This document shows positions 1 through 10,063 of a DNA stretch of 64,000 nt, in pieces. A program made the translations under genes and the position numbers. Under the pieces are notes generated by a model, which saw nothing but the letters and a program-made list of their open reading frames with translations, did not search any database and was not told the DNA's origin. The stretch comes from Acidobacteriota bacterium (GTDB lineage: Bacteria; Acidobacteriota; Thermoanaerobaculia; Gp7-AA8), in contig JAJXWV010000078.1 in the NCBI GenBank assembly GCA_021781455.1, positions 3,991-67,990 of the forward strand. The letters are read 5' to 3'. Every line of letters starts with the position of its first letter. Within the stretch, counting starts at the first letter, position 1.

Positions 1-11
1 CGTCGCTCCGC

Positions 12-1517
<1,506 letters not shown>

Positions 1518-1877
1518 CGACCGCGGGCCTCCGTGCCCGAGACCGAAACGACCTGTGGTGGCTCTCCGGAGGGGCGGACGCAGCCCGGGTTGCGTACGCC
1601 GGCCGGCGATTGCAACCCTGACTACGTCGCTTCAGTCGTTGGTGATCGCTGATACTTCAGCGATCGCTGATACTTCGTGCGAGGTTACATGAAGACGAAG
1701 AGTCTCAGAATGTCAGAATTTGCTTCTTTTTCGTAACACAATGTTGCAATCGCGACACGGGAGCGTTACAGAATCGCCTTAACGAGCGTGTGCCCCCCTG
1801 GTTCGAGTCCGCGCGGGCTGTCCGGAGGGCAGCGCGCCACCGGGATGATCTGCCCGCGTTTCGCCGCCCGCAGCCTC

Positions 1878-2240
1878 TCAGCGCGTCCGGGTTTCCGGGT
1901 GTGCTGCAGCCTCGATCAGTCCCTGATGCTTGAGGCAGTACGGCGCCCAGGGGACGGCCTCGAGCCGTTTGGCCTCGATCGGCCCGCCGTCCACGAGACA
2001 TTTTCCGAATGTCCCGGCGTCGATGCGGCTGAGCGCCTCTCGCACCTGTTGGAGGATCGTCAGATCGAGCTCCGCCTGGGTGAAATCATCGTCGGCGGCG
2101 ACATCGGCCACGCTGGAATCACCGACGTCGTGCGCGGAATCGATGAAGTGCCCACGGCTGTCTTCGATCTCCCGCCGCGTGTGGGAAGAGAGGGTCTTCT
2201 CCATGTCGAGCAGGCGTTTCTTGTAGTGCTTGACGTTCAC
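1878..2240 (-). CDS. DksA/TraR-family zinc-finger transcription factor
   Basis: The C-terminal ~110 aa (…TQAELDLTILQQVREALSRIDAGTFGKCLVDGGPIEAKRLEAVPWAPYCLKHQ) has a DksA/TraR-like coiled-coil plus C-terminal Cys finger, with only 2 of 4 Cys retained. Start placed at a GTG preceded by AGGAGG. The long N-terminal extension in the ORF track (through the SQFSILN repeat) is rejected. Confidence 0.6.
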   Translation of the reverse strand: MNVKHYKKRLLDMEKTLSSHTRREIEDSRGHFIDSAHDVGDSSVADVAADDDFTQAELDLTILQQVREALSRIDAGTFGKCLVDGGPIEAKRLEAVPWAPYCLKHQGLIEAAAHPETRTR

Positions 2241-2278
2241 AATCGCCTCCTGTCGCTGGCAATGGGAGGGTACTACGG

Positions 2279-2341
2279 GAGAATTGAGAATTGAGAATTG
2301 AGAATTGAGAATTGAGAATTGAGAATTGAGAATTGAGAATT
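2279..2341. repeat. Heptanucleotide tandem repeat (GAGAATT)9
   Basis: Nine perfect 7-bp units read directly, ~40 bp upstream of the dksA-like start. Not a CRISPR array, since there are no spacers. Confidence 0.95.
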
Positions 2342-2354
2342 GAGAAGGCGAACC

Positions 2355-2566
2355 CGCCCCCTCATCCGCCTTCGGCACCTTCTCCCCCGCTCTGGAATCC
2401 GCGAGTGCATGATCTGAGAACTCCGACGCGGGGGAGAAGGGTCTCCATTCTTGCTTTCTCGCGAGAACGAACATCGAGGACCTTCTCCCCCGCGGCCAAC
2501 CGCGCGAAGTGTGGTGCCGTCAGCAGCGGAGCGGGGGAGAAGGTGCCGAAGGCGGATGAGGGGGCG
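2355..2566. repeat. Nested inverted-repeat element built on the motif GGGGGAGAAGG
   Basis: Outer arms of ~38 bp: cgccccctcatccgccttcggcaccttctcccccgctc at 2355-2392 and its reverse complement at 2530-2566. Inner pair: cgcgggggagaagggtc at 2427-2443 and gaccttctcccccgcg at 2480-2495. The same core palindrome recurs at 27037-27075. Confidence 0.7.
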
Positions 2567-2623
2567 CCATGCGGGATTCCGCGCCGGGATCGCGGGACAT
2601 TCAGCACTCAGCACTTCGCCCGG

Positions 2624-4333
2624 CTACAAGGTCGGCCGGCTCTCCTGCGCCATCACTCTTCCGATCTCACGCCAGGTCACGAGCTTCACGCCGTTGACCT
2701 GGAGCAGGTCGCGGAAGGCGTCGCTCGTCAGGAAGTCGAAATCGCGCTGGCGCCAGGCCGAGCCCCAGTTCGGGTGATCGACCGTGACGGACCGCATCTC
2801 CTCGTCGTCGTATGCGATGTGCACGATGAGCTCCGTCACTCCTGGCTCGAGCTTGCGGATCACGCCGGCGTAGAAGTCCCCCCATCCTTCGGGCGCGACC
2901 TCGGGGCCGATCGTCACGAAGCGGTCGATGACCACGTCGTCCGCGGTGATGAGCGGACCAAGCGACGGATCCTCGAGGAAGGCCGCCGGGATGGCCGCCG
3001 GAATCCTCCACTCCCGCGAAACGCGCAGGAGCATTCCGAACAGCGCCGCGTTCAAGTGAAGCGTGCGCATGTGCGCGTCGAGGTGCGTCGGCCTAACGCC
3101 CGCTTCGCGCAGTTTTTCGATCTGCGCGCGCACCTCGGCCTCTGCTTCCCGCACGTCGGCATGCGCGGCGGCCTGGTCCTCGGTCGCGTAGAAGTTGCCG
3201 CTCGCGTCCAGCAGCGAACGGACGTCCGCCTTCGGCAGCACTCCACCCCATCGATATCCCTTCCATTCGGCGGTCAGGGTCAGGTGCACGCCGAGGTCGG
3301 CGTCGGGGTGCTGGCGCGCCCATGCGGCGATCTCCTCGAATGAGGTACAGGGGACCATGATGCTGGCCGAGCTCACGAGCCCGCCGGTAAGCGCCCTGGT
3401 CGATGCCGCGTTGACGGAGTGCGCCATGCCGAGATCGTCGGCATGAACGATGAGGAGCTTCGTGCCTGCCGGATATCCGAGCCGCTCGGCGAGAGGCGTT
3501 GGCGAGGCCGGCGCAGGACGGACGGGCGGCGGGAAGACCTCCATCAGCGTGAAATCGACCCAGAAGATCGCTTCGGTGTTCGGCACGGCGCCCAGCAGGG
3601 CCTGGCCGATTTTCTGCGGAGGATCGTCGAATCGGATCCACCAGGGGCGGTCCGCTCTGTACCCGATCTGGAAGGCGACGGGCGCCGGCGCGAGTGCGTG
3701 GCCCCACGCGGAAAATTCTTTAACCATCGAATCGAGATCGGGAAAGATCTGCCCGTCGTTGATGAACACAATGCCGTCGCGCTCGGCCGGCGGCATCTTC
3801 TCGACGAGCCAGTGCTTCAGGAAGAGCCTGTAGTTCGAGCCGTGGCGGCGGATCGCACGGACCCACGCCCGCGCCTGCTCGTCGCTGACCGGATCGCCGG
3901 CGTCGGGCGTGCTGGAGCGGTACCACTCCACGTCGATACCGAAGCCCTGCACCGAGCGATGGCCTCCGTAGCGGCTCAGCACGACGTCGATGAGCTCCTC
4001 GACTGAAGCATGCGAGGGCTCGACCTGCAGCCAGACGCGGTAGCCGAGGCGATCGAAGCGCGCCAGCGCAGCCTCGTTGGCGTCCTCGGAAGAACCGGTG
4101 ATGAGAGGATCGCGTGCCGTCACAGGAAAGTTGAGGAGAATGCCGTTCCCGTTCTTCTTGCCCACGATCCAGATCGCTTCGGGGACGGCGCCGTCGAAAT
4201 GCTTCGCCATTTCGACTCCGGTGCGCGCCCAGTATTCCGGTCCGGGGTCATGCGGGGGACCGTAGACCGAGTATCGGAAGCCGGCGCCCTTCGGAGGAGG
4301 CGACTGAAGGCCTGTTGAGGCACACCCTGCCAT
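2624..4333 (-). CDS. Predicted lipoprotein: N-terminal TIM-barrel-like carbohydrate-hydrolase-type domain fused to a C-terminal YdjC/ChbG-family carbohydrate deacetylase
   Basis: The C-terminal half (LLIVHADDLGMAHSVNAASTRAL…HLDAH…) matches the YdjC-family N-terminal DD-G motif region. The N-terminal ~270 aa has no domain I can name, though GFGIDVEWY resembles a glycoside-hydrolase barrel strand. The annotated Met is followed by AGCAS (lipobox-like). A better signal peptide lies upstream in an adjacent frame; see findings. Confidence 0.65.
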   Translation of the reverse strand: MAGCASTGLQSPPPKGAGFRYSVYGPPHDPGPEYWARTGVEMAKHFDGAVPEAIWIVGKKNGNGILLNFPVTARDPLITGSSEDANEAALARFDRLGYRVWLQVEPSHASVEELIDVVLSRYGGHRSVQGFGIDVEWYRSSTPDAGDPVSDEQARAWVRAIRRHGSNYRLFLKHWLVEKMPPAERDGIVFINDGQIFPDLDSMVKEFSAWGHALAPAPVAFQIGYRADRPWWIRFDDPPQKIGQALLGAVPNTEAIFWVDFTLMEVFPPPVRPAPASPTPLAERLGYPAGTKLLIVHADDLGMAHSVNAASTRALTGGLVSSASIMVPCTSFEEIAAWARQHPDADLGVHLTLTAEWKGYRWGGVLPKADVRSLLDASGNFYATEDQAAAHADVREAEAEVRAQIEKLREAGVRPTHLDAHMRTLHLNAALFGMLLRVSREWRIPAAIPAAFLEDPSLGPLITADDVVIDRFVTIGPEVAPEGWGDFYAGVIRKLEPGVTELIVHIAYDDEEMRSVTVDHPNWGSAWRQRDFDFLTSDAFRDLLQVNGVKLVTWREIGRVMAQESRPTL

Positions 4334-4443
4334 CGTAAGCGCAACGAGCAGCGCCGGGAAATCCAGGCTCGTCTCTTCATGGACCGATGCTAACGACGGT
4401 CCCGCCCCCTAACAGCCGCGTCCGTCACCTCCGGGTGTGGAGA

Positions 4444-4461
4444 GCGGACATAGCTGTCCGC
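4444..4461. promoter_or_regulatory. Perfect 7-4-7 palindrome GCGGACA-TAGC-TGTCCGC in the divergent promoter region between the deacetylase-fusion gene and the rhodanese gene
   Basis: Read directly. Operator-like dyad ~55 bp upstream of the rhodanese start. Confidence 0.3.
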
Positions 4462-4515
4462 GGCGGCCGCAGTCCATGCACGAGAGTTGCTGTGCTGTTA
4501 GAGAAGGAGGAGACG

Positions 4516-4946
4516 ATGGACCAGACTCGAGCGGTGACGAATTCCGAGGAGACTCCGGTCAATCGCGTGACGGTCGACGAGGTCAGGGCACGCCTCGACC
4601 GGCGTGAGCCGATCGTCTTCGTGGACAGTCGAAGCGAAAAGGCGTGGAACGGCTCCGAAGTGAAGATCCGGGGAGCGTTCCGAGTATCGCCGGAGCGCGC
4701 CGATGAGTTCCTGTCGCGCGTTCCGAAGGACCGCGGCGGCATCATCACCTACTGCACGTGACCGAACGAAGGATCAAGCGCCCGTGTGGCGCAGGTGCTG
4801 ATTCGTGCGGGGTTCAAGGACGTGCATGCGCTGCACGGCGGGTTGGAGGCGTGGCAGTCGGCCGGCGGCGCAGTCGAGCCGAAAGATGCGACCGCCGAAA
4901 TCCGCCCGCGCGACGAACAACGCCAGGACGAAGGACGGCGGGCCTG
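4516..4946 (+). CDS. Single-domain rhodanese (sulfurtransferase) interrupted by one in-frame TGA at 4759-4761 inside the active-site loop: candidate selenoprotein or nonsense-disrupted gene
   Basis: ATG at 4516 is preceded by GAAGGAGG. The first segment ends …RGGIITYCT then TGA. The same frame continues PNEGSSARVAQVLIRAGFKDVHALHGGLEAWQSAGGAVE… to a TGA at 4944-4946. Together the two halves form a complete GlpE-like rhodanese fold. A GC hairpin (GCGCC-CGUGU-GGCGC) begins ~16 nt after the internal UGA. Confidence 0.55.
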
Positions 4947-4954
4947 ACGTGTAG

Positions 4955-5614
4955 CTACGAGGGAAGCTCGAGACCGGTGTCGTCAAGTCGCGCCGGCGCG
5001 GGCAGGTCGCGGCTCGTGACCACGTCCACGCCCGCGGAGCGCATCTCGTCGAAGGCGCGCTCGATGTCTCCCCGTTCGAGCTCCACGCCGCGGCAGGCGT
5101 CGCGGATCACGTGCGTGCGGAAGCCCAGCCTCACCGCGTCACCCGCCGACCAGAGCACGCAGTAGTCGGTGGCCAGACCGCAGAGATAGACGTCGCTGAC
5201 TCCGTTCTTCCGCAGCTCGTCTTCCAGCCCTGTCGACTTGCGGCGGCCGTTGTCGAAGAAAGCGCTGTAGCTGTCGATCGAGGGATCGGTCCCTTTGCGC
5301 ACGATCCACTGGATCCGCGAGCGGACGAGATCGGGATGAAGCTCTGCGCCTTTCGTCCCCTGAACGCAGTGATCGGGCCAGAGGATCTGCTCGAGACCCG
5401 CGAGGTCGATGACTTCTCCCGGTTTCCTGCCGGGGTGGTTGGAGGCGAAGCTGCCGTGGTTCGCGGGATGCCAGTCCTGCGTGGCCACGACCAGCCCGAA
5501 CTGCGGCTGCAGGCGGTTGATGACCGGGACGACCTCGTTTCCACGCACGGTCGGCAACGCACCACCGGGCATGAAGTCGTTCTGAACATCGACGATCACG
5601 AGTGCGCGATTCAT
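4955..5614 (-). CDS. pncA: Nicotinamidase/pyrazinamidase (isochorismatase family)
   Basis: MNRALVIVDVQNDF…ATQDWHP…LCGLATDYCV carries the catalytic Asp/Lys/Cys and the metal-binding His pattern of PncA. AAGGAG lies upstream of the ATG. Confidence 0.85.
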   Translation of the reverse strand: MNRALVIVDVQNDFMPGGALPTVRGNEVVPVINRLQPQFGLVVATQDWHPANHGSFASNHPGRKPGEVIDLAGLEQILWPDHCVQGTKGAELHPDLVRSRIQWIVRKGTDPSIDSYSAFFDNGRRKSTGLEDELRKNGVSDVYLCGLATDYCVLWSAGDAVRLGFRTHVIRDACRGVELERGDIERAFDEMRSAGVDVVTSRDLPAPARLDDTGLELPS

Positions 5615-5743
5615 CGTCGGCTGCGTCTCCTTTCATCGTTGTGAGCAAGAGATCGGCCCGGTTCATTTCCTCTTGCCGCGGATCGCCTCTTGCACGCTGC
5701 TGGTGACTGGCCCGAGATCCAACGACCAAAAGGAGAAAAAGTC

Positions 5744-6349
5744 ATGGCACAAACGAGAGACGAACGAAGTGGCAGAGGTGACATCGAGCGAGCACAGCCG
5801 CTGCAGCGCGAGCAATCCGGACGTTCCGACGAGGGACGGCGAATTCCGGCGCGGCGCGAGGCGCGGGCGTTGAGCCCGTTAGATCCGTTCGGGCTCACGC
5901 GCTCGCTCCGCAGCGAGATGGACCGTTTCTTCGACAACCTCGGCCTCCGCGGCAGCCTGTTTCCGTCCCTCAGCTTCGAGCGCGGGTTCGACGAGATGGA
6001 GCGTGCCGTCTGGTCGCCGCAGATCGAGATGTACGAGAAGGACGGCAAGATACACATCTGTGCCGATCTGCCGGGCCTGAAGAAGGACGACGTGAAGATC
6101 GACCTCAAGGACGACGTCCTGACCATCCACGGCGAGCGCCGGCGTGAGCAGCGCGATGAGGAAGGCGGATGGACCGAGCGCAGCTACGGCAGCTTCCTGC
6201 GATCGATCCCGCTTCCCGAGGGGATCAACGCCGAGAGCGCCAGCGCCCTGTTCGAGAACGGCGTTCTCAACATCATCTTCGATGCACCGAAGCGGCAGGA
6301 ATCGAGAGGGAGGTCGATCGAGATCCGCGAGGGCAGCGTGAGGAAGTGA
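5744..6349 (+). CDS. Small heat-shock protein, Hsp20/alpha-crystallin family
   Basis: Alpha-crystallin domain (…PQIEMYEKDGKIHICADLPGLKKDDVKIDLKDDVLTIHGERR…SIPLPEGINAESASALFENGVLNI). Start chosen at MAQTRDE, preceded by AAAGGAG; the longer ORF-track start is rejected. Confidence 0.85.
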   Translation: MAQTRDERSGRGDIERAQPLQREQSGRSDEGRRIPARREARALSPLDPFGLTRSLRSEMDRFFDNLGLRGSLFPSLSFERGFDEMERAVWSPQIEMYEKDGKIHICADLPGLKKDDVKIDLKDDVLTIHGERRREQRDEEGGWTERSYGSFLRSIPLPEGINAESASALFENGVLNIIFDAPKRQESRGRSIEIREGSVRK

Positions 6350-6360
6350 AGTGAGCGATA

Positions 6361-6449
6361 GGTCCCAGAGGTCTCAGAGGTCCCATCTGTCCCATGTTTC
6401 CCATTCGACGGGACCTCTGGGACTGACGGGACCTCTGGGACTCGTGGTC
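6361..6449. terminator. Double hairpin (2x CCCAGAGGTC then 2x GACCTCTGGG) between convergent hsp20 and receiver genes; likely bidirectional terminator or REP-like element
   Basis: ggtcccagaggtctcagaggtccc … gggacctctgggactgacgggacctctgggac read directly. Confidence 0.5.
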
Positions 6450-6864
6450 ATGGGCGCAATGGTCGTGCGTTCCGCGCGCAGTCGCGCACGGCGTCGCTGA
6501 GCGCCTTACGCGCAAACGGCTTGTGCAGAACGCGAAAGACACCGGCATCATCGAGGCGCTGCACGAGATCGTCGTCGTTTTCCGTGGTCGCCGCCACGAC
6601 GTGCTGCAGTGCGTCTTCCGATCCCGCCAGGAAATCGAACACGGGCGCGAATCCGGCGACCGGGCTCGGCTCAACGACCACCACGGCATAGGCGATCGTC
6701 CTCAGCCGCGCGATGGCCAGGCGCGCATCCGACACTTCGTCCACGACAAAACCCTCATTGCGGAGAATGGATGCTGCCACCCCGCAGAAGTCGGGATTGT
6801 CGTCGACAATCAGCACCGCCTGCCGCAACGCGATCTCCTCTTCTCGACGCTCCTGGCTCGTCAC
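6448..6864 (-). CDS. Atypical single-domain receiver (CheY-like) with Glu at the phospho-acceptor position
   Basis: LIVDDN (acidic pocket), HVVAATT (Thr) and VLHKPF (Lys) are conserved, but the acceptor Asp position reads AVVVVEPSP. Last gene of the kaiC operon. Confidence 0.7.
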   Translation of the reverse strand: MTSQERREEEIALRQAVLIVDDNPDFCGVAASILRNEGFVVDEVSDARLAIARLRTIAYAVVVVEPSPVAGFAPVFDFLAGSEDALQHVVAATTENDDDLVQRLDDAGVFRVLHKPFARKALSDAVRDCARNARPLRP

Positions 6865-6884
6865 GGTGAGTCACCGTCGAGGAC

Positions 6885-8453
6885 TCATGCCGTCGCTTCC
6901 ACATCGATGTTGAATCTCCTGACGAAGATCTGCTGCAGCTCCTCCACGCGGATCGGCTTCGTGAGATGCGCGTCGAAACCGGCCGCCGTGGCCTTGTCCT
7001 TGTCGTCGGCCTGGCCGAACCCGGTCAGCGCGATCAGCAGGATCGGATCGGACAGGTCCTCCCGCACGCGCCGCGCCACTTCGTAACCGTCGAGGCCGGG
7101 CATGCCGATGTCGATGATGGCCACGTCGGGACGGCTCTCCGTGATCCGGCGCAACCCGCTGTGGCCGTCCGAGGCCGTTTCCACGAGGTGCCCGAGCTTC
7201 TTGAGCTTGAGCTGCAGCAGGTCGCGGATGTCGGCGTTGTCGTCGACGATGACGATGCGCCGGGTGGCGCAGACGAGCTCCGCCGCCGTCGGCCGCGAGG
7301 GCGCCGCCGCCGGCAGGACCGCCTGTTCTTCCGCCAGCGGAAGGGTGACCGTGAAGGTGCTCCCCTGGTCCAGCCCCGGGCTTCGAGCCTCGACCTCTCC
7401 GCCGTGAAGCTGCACGAGAGTCCGCACGAGATGCAACCCGATGCCCATGCCTCCCTGAGCGCGTCCGATGGCGTTCTCGGCCTGGCTGAACAACTCGAAG
7501 ATCGAGTCGATGCGCTGCCGCGAGATGCCCACGCCGGTATCCGAGACCACGATGGCCGCCTTCCCCTCGCGCTTTTCCGTCCGGACCGCGATGCGACCGC
7601 CGGCGGTGGTGTACTTGAGAGCGTTGGTGATCAGGTTCGTGATGATCTGCTCGACGCGCAAGGCATCCGCGTGCACGACCAGAGGCTCGTCGGCGGCCTG
7701 GAAGCTGAGGCCGATCTCGCGCCGGGAGCTGTCGCCCTGCTGCGACTCCACACATTGCCGGACCACGGAGCTGAGCTCGAGCAGGCCGAGCTTCAAGGCG
7801 ATCTTCCCGGTGGTGATGCGCGACAGGTCGAGCAGATCGTCGACCAGACTGGAGAGATGGTGGGCCTGCCGCTCGATGCGCTCGGCATGCTGGGCATCGA
7901 GGGTGGCCGTCAGGGGATCGACCATCTGCGCGGCCAGGACGATCGCGCCTAACGGATTGCGCAGCTCGTGCCCCAGGATCGCCAGGAAGCGGTCGCGCTC
8001 GGTGATGCGGTCCTCGAGCTTGGCCAGAAGGTCGCGGATCTCGTATTGACGCGTCCGGGCCCTGGCCACCGCCTGAACGATGCTCACCACGCTCTTCATT
8101 CGCACCGGCCGGTCGACCAGCGTGACGTTGGCGCGCGGCCCGAGCTCCTCGAGCCGGCGCAGATAGCGGTGATCCGAATCGGGCCCAGTAAAGATCACGA
8201 TCGGGAAGTCGGACCACAAGGGCTGGTCGTCGATGAAGCTGCGCAGCGTCCGCACCACCGGCGGAACGAGGACTTCCTCGGTCGTCAGAAGCGCCAGGGA
8301 TTCGTTCCCCAGCCCCCGCTCCAGCTGCGAAACGTGCGGCACTTCGCCGGACGCCACGCCCGCGGCCTGCAGCACCCCCTTCAACAGCTCCGCGTCACGA
8401 CGGACCGGAGTGCAGATCAGTGCGGGCGAAGAGTGGACCGCCTGTTCGATCAT
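6885..8453 (-). CDS. Hybrid sensor histidine kinase: N-terminal pseudo-receiver, HisKA, HATPase_c, C-terminal canonical receiver
   Basis: H-box ILGHELRNPLGAI. ATPase N/G boxes ITNLITNALKYT, VSDTGVGI. C-terminal receiver with DDN…VAIIDIGMPGLDG…LTKP. The N-terminal ~130 aa is receiver-like but has T in place of the acceptor Asp (LALLTTEE). Confidence 0.85.
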   Translation of the reverse strand: MIEQAVHSSPALICTPVRRDAELLKGVLQAAGVASGEVPHVSQLERGLGNESLALLTTEEVLVPPVVRTLRSFIDDQPLWSDFPIVIFTGPDSDHRYLRRLEELGPRANVTLVDRPVRMKSVVSIVQAVARARTRQYEIRDLLAKLEDRITERDRFLAILGHELRNPLGAIVLAAQMVDPLTATLDAQHAERIERQAHHLSSLVDDLLDLSRITTGKIALKLGLLELSSVVRQCVESQQGDSSRREIGLSFQAADEPLVVHADALRVEQIITNLITNALKYTTAGGRIAVRTEKREGKAAIVVSDTGVGISRQRIDSIFELFSQAENAIGRAQGGMGIGLHLVRTLVQLHGGEVEARSPGLDQGSTFTVTLPLAEEQAVLPAAAPSRPTAAELVCATRRIVIVDDNADIRDLLQLKLKKLGHLVETASDGHSGLRRITESRPDVAIIDIGMPGLDGYEVARRVREDLSDPILLIALTGFGQADDKDKATAAGFDAHLTKPIRVEELQQIFVRRFNIDVEATA

Positions 8454-8478
8454 GGCGCGGCTCTTTCTCCCCCGATGC

Positions 8479-9963
8479 TCAAGGCGCGCCCATCCCTAAC
8501 GGCGGGTTCACTTCTTCGATGACCGGCGTGCCGGAAAGGACGCCGCGGAATCGCGTGAGCGCCGAGCCGATCTTGATCCCGTGCGCGGTGATCTGCAGCT
8601 CGCGAATCGAGGTCTCGTGAGCGCCGCTCCGCTTCTTGATCACCGAAATCGCCTTCCGGACCTGCCCCTGCGCTTCGAAATACCGGAGAAGAACCACGGA
8701 GTCGGCCAGATAGCTGATGTCCACGGTCGTCATCATCTGGCTACCGAGAAGACCGTGCTGCGCGAACACGAGAATCGTGGCGATGCCGTGCTGTCCGAGA
8801 AACGCCAGCAGCTCGTGCAGGTGGAGAAGGAGGTACTTCTCCTCGGGCATGGCATTGAGATAGCCGTTCAGGCTGTCGATGATCAGGACGCGCACGTCGT
8901 GATGCTCGACGGCCTCGCGAACCAGTTGCGCGAACTCGCCCGGCTGCAGCTCCGCCGGATCGACCTGCTGCACCATGATCTTTCCTGCCGCCACGAGCTC
9001 GGTCAGGTTGTAGCCGATGGCGTCGGAGCGATTGAACAGCGTGGTCAGGCTCTCGTCGAACGTGAAGAAGGCCGCGCCCTCGCCGCGCTGTGCCGCCGCC
9101 ACCGCGTACTGAGTGGCCAGCGCCGACTTCCCCGATCCGGCCGGACCCATGATCAGCGTGCTGGTGCCGCGGTCGAGGCCGCCGCCGAGAAGCGAGTCGA
9201 CTTCCGGGATCCCGCTGGAGACGAAGCTCTGCATGACGCGCATGCGCGACTCCGCCGCCACCAGGCGCGGGTAAACGACGATGCCCCCGGTGATGATGTT
9301 GAAATCGTGGTAGCCGGCGCGGAACTTCAGTCCGCGCACTTTCACCATCTGCAGCCGCCGGCGGGCCATGCCGTAATTCGGAGTGAAGCGCTCCATCTCC
9401 AGCACGCCGTGAGGGACGCTCTGCAGCTGCATGTCCTTCACGTCGGAGGTGCGGTCGTCGAGCAGCAGCGCCGTGATCCTGCGGGAATCGAAGAACTGCT
9501 TCAGGGCCAGGATCTGCTTCCGGTAGCGCAGAGAGCTCTGCGCCAGCAGACGAATCTCGGAGAGCGAGTCGAGCACCACCCGGTCGGGCGCGGCCTCGTC
9601 GATGGCGTCGAGCATCTTCTTGACCGCCGGACCGAGCTCGATCTCCGAGGCCTGGAAAATCGTGGAGTCTTCCTCGGCCAGCTCGTCCTCTCCGACCAGC
9701 TGCTCGACGATCTGGATGGGATCGAGATTCCATCCGTGCGATCGGGCCACGGCCCGCAGGTCGCGTTCCGATTCCGACATGGTGATGTACAGACCCCGCT
9801 CGCCGTTCCTCGCTCCCTCGAGCAGAAACTGCAGGGAGAGCGTCGTCTTGCCGACGCCGGGGTCGCCCTGGACGAGGTAAATGTGATTGCGCGGAAAGCC
9901 GCCATTCAGGATCCGGTCGAGCCCCTCGATTCCGGTGGCGGCGGCGTCGTCTTCAAAAGACAT
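8479..9963 (-). CDS. kaiC: KaiC-family double-domain RecA-like ATPase
   Basis: Two tandem KaiC/RadA-like domains, each with a Walker A (GDPGVGKTTLSLQF; GPAGSGKSALATQY), Walker B and catalytic Glu. 494 aa. AAGGAG before the ATG. Confidence 0.85.
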   Translation of the reverse strand: MSFEDDAAATGIEGLDRILNGGFPRNHIYLVQGDPGVGKTTLSLQFLLEGARNGERGLYITMSESERDLRAVARSHGWNLDPIQIVEQLVGEDELAEEDSTIFQASEIELGPAVKKMLDAIDEAAPDRVVLDSLSEIRLLAQSSLRYRKQILALKQFFDSRRITALLLDDRTSDVKDMQLQSVPHGVLEMERFTPNYGMARRRLQMVKVRGLKFRAGYHDFNIITGGIVVYPRLVAAESRMRVMQSFVSSGIPEVDSLLGGGLDRGTSTLIMGPAGSGKSALATQYAVAAAQRGEGAAFFTFDESLTTLFNRSDAIGYNLTELVAAGKIMVQQVDPAELQPGEFAQLVREAVEHHDVRVLIIDSLNGYLNAMPEEKYLLLHLHELLAFLGQHGIATILVFAQHGLLGSQMMTTVDISYLADSVVLLRYFEAQGQVRKAISVIKKRSGAHETSIRELQITAHGIKIGSALTRFRGVLSGTPVIEEVNPPLGMGAP

Positions 9964-10063
9964 CGCTGTTTCTCCTTGTGGTGCGACCCGTTGGTGGTTC
10001 TCTTTTCAAAATCCCCGCCCACCGGCACGAGAGATGCTCTCGGAGATTTCGGGAGGCCGCCGG

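Noticed and set aside
1795-1815. tRNA-like T-arm motif GGTTCGAGTCC
   Set aside because: No acceptor stem, D-arm or anticodon arm can be built around it; it is an isolated match. No tRNA or rRNA gene was identified anywhere in the window.
2279-2341. Tandem repeat arrays (here and at 14666-14770, 17150-17215, 46197-46240) considered as CRISPR arrays
   Set aside because: Units are 7-14 bp with no intervening unique spacers and no cas genes. They are microsatellite-like arrays, not CRISPR.
6871-8217. 448-aa minus-strand ORF and 328-aa and 193-aa plus-strand ORFs overlapping the hybrid histidine kinase
   Set aside because: Other-frame and antisense shadows. The proteins are R/G/A/P-rich with no motifs. 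The kinase frame has H-box, N/G boxes and receiver.
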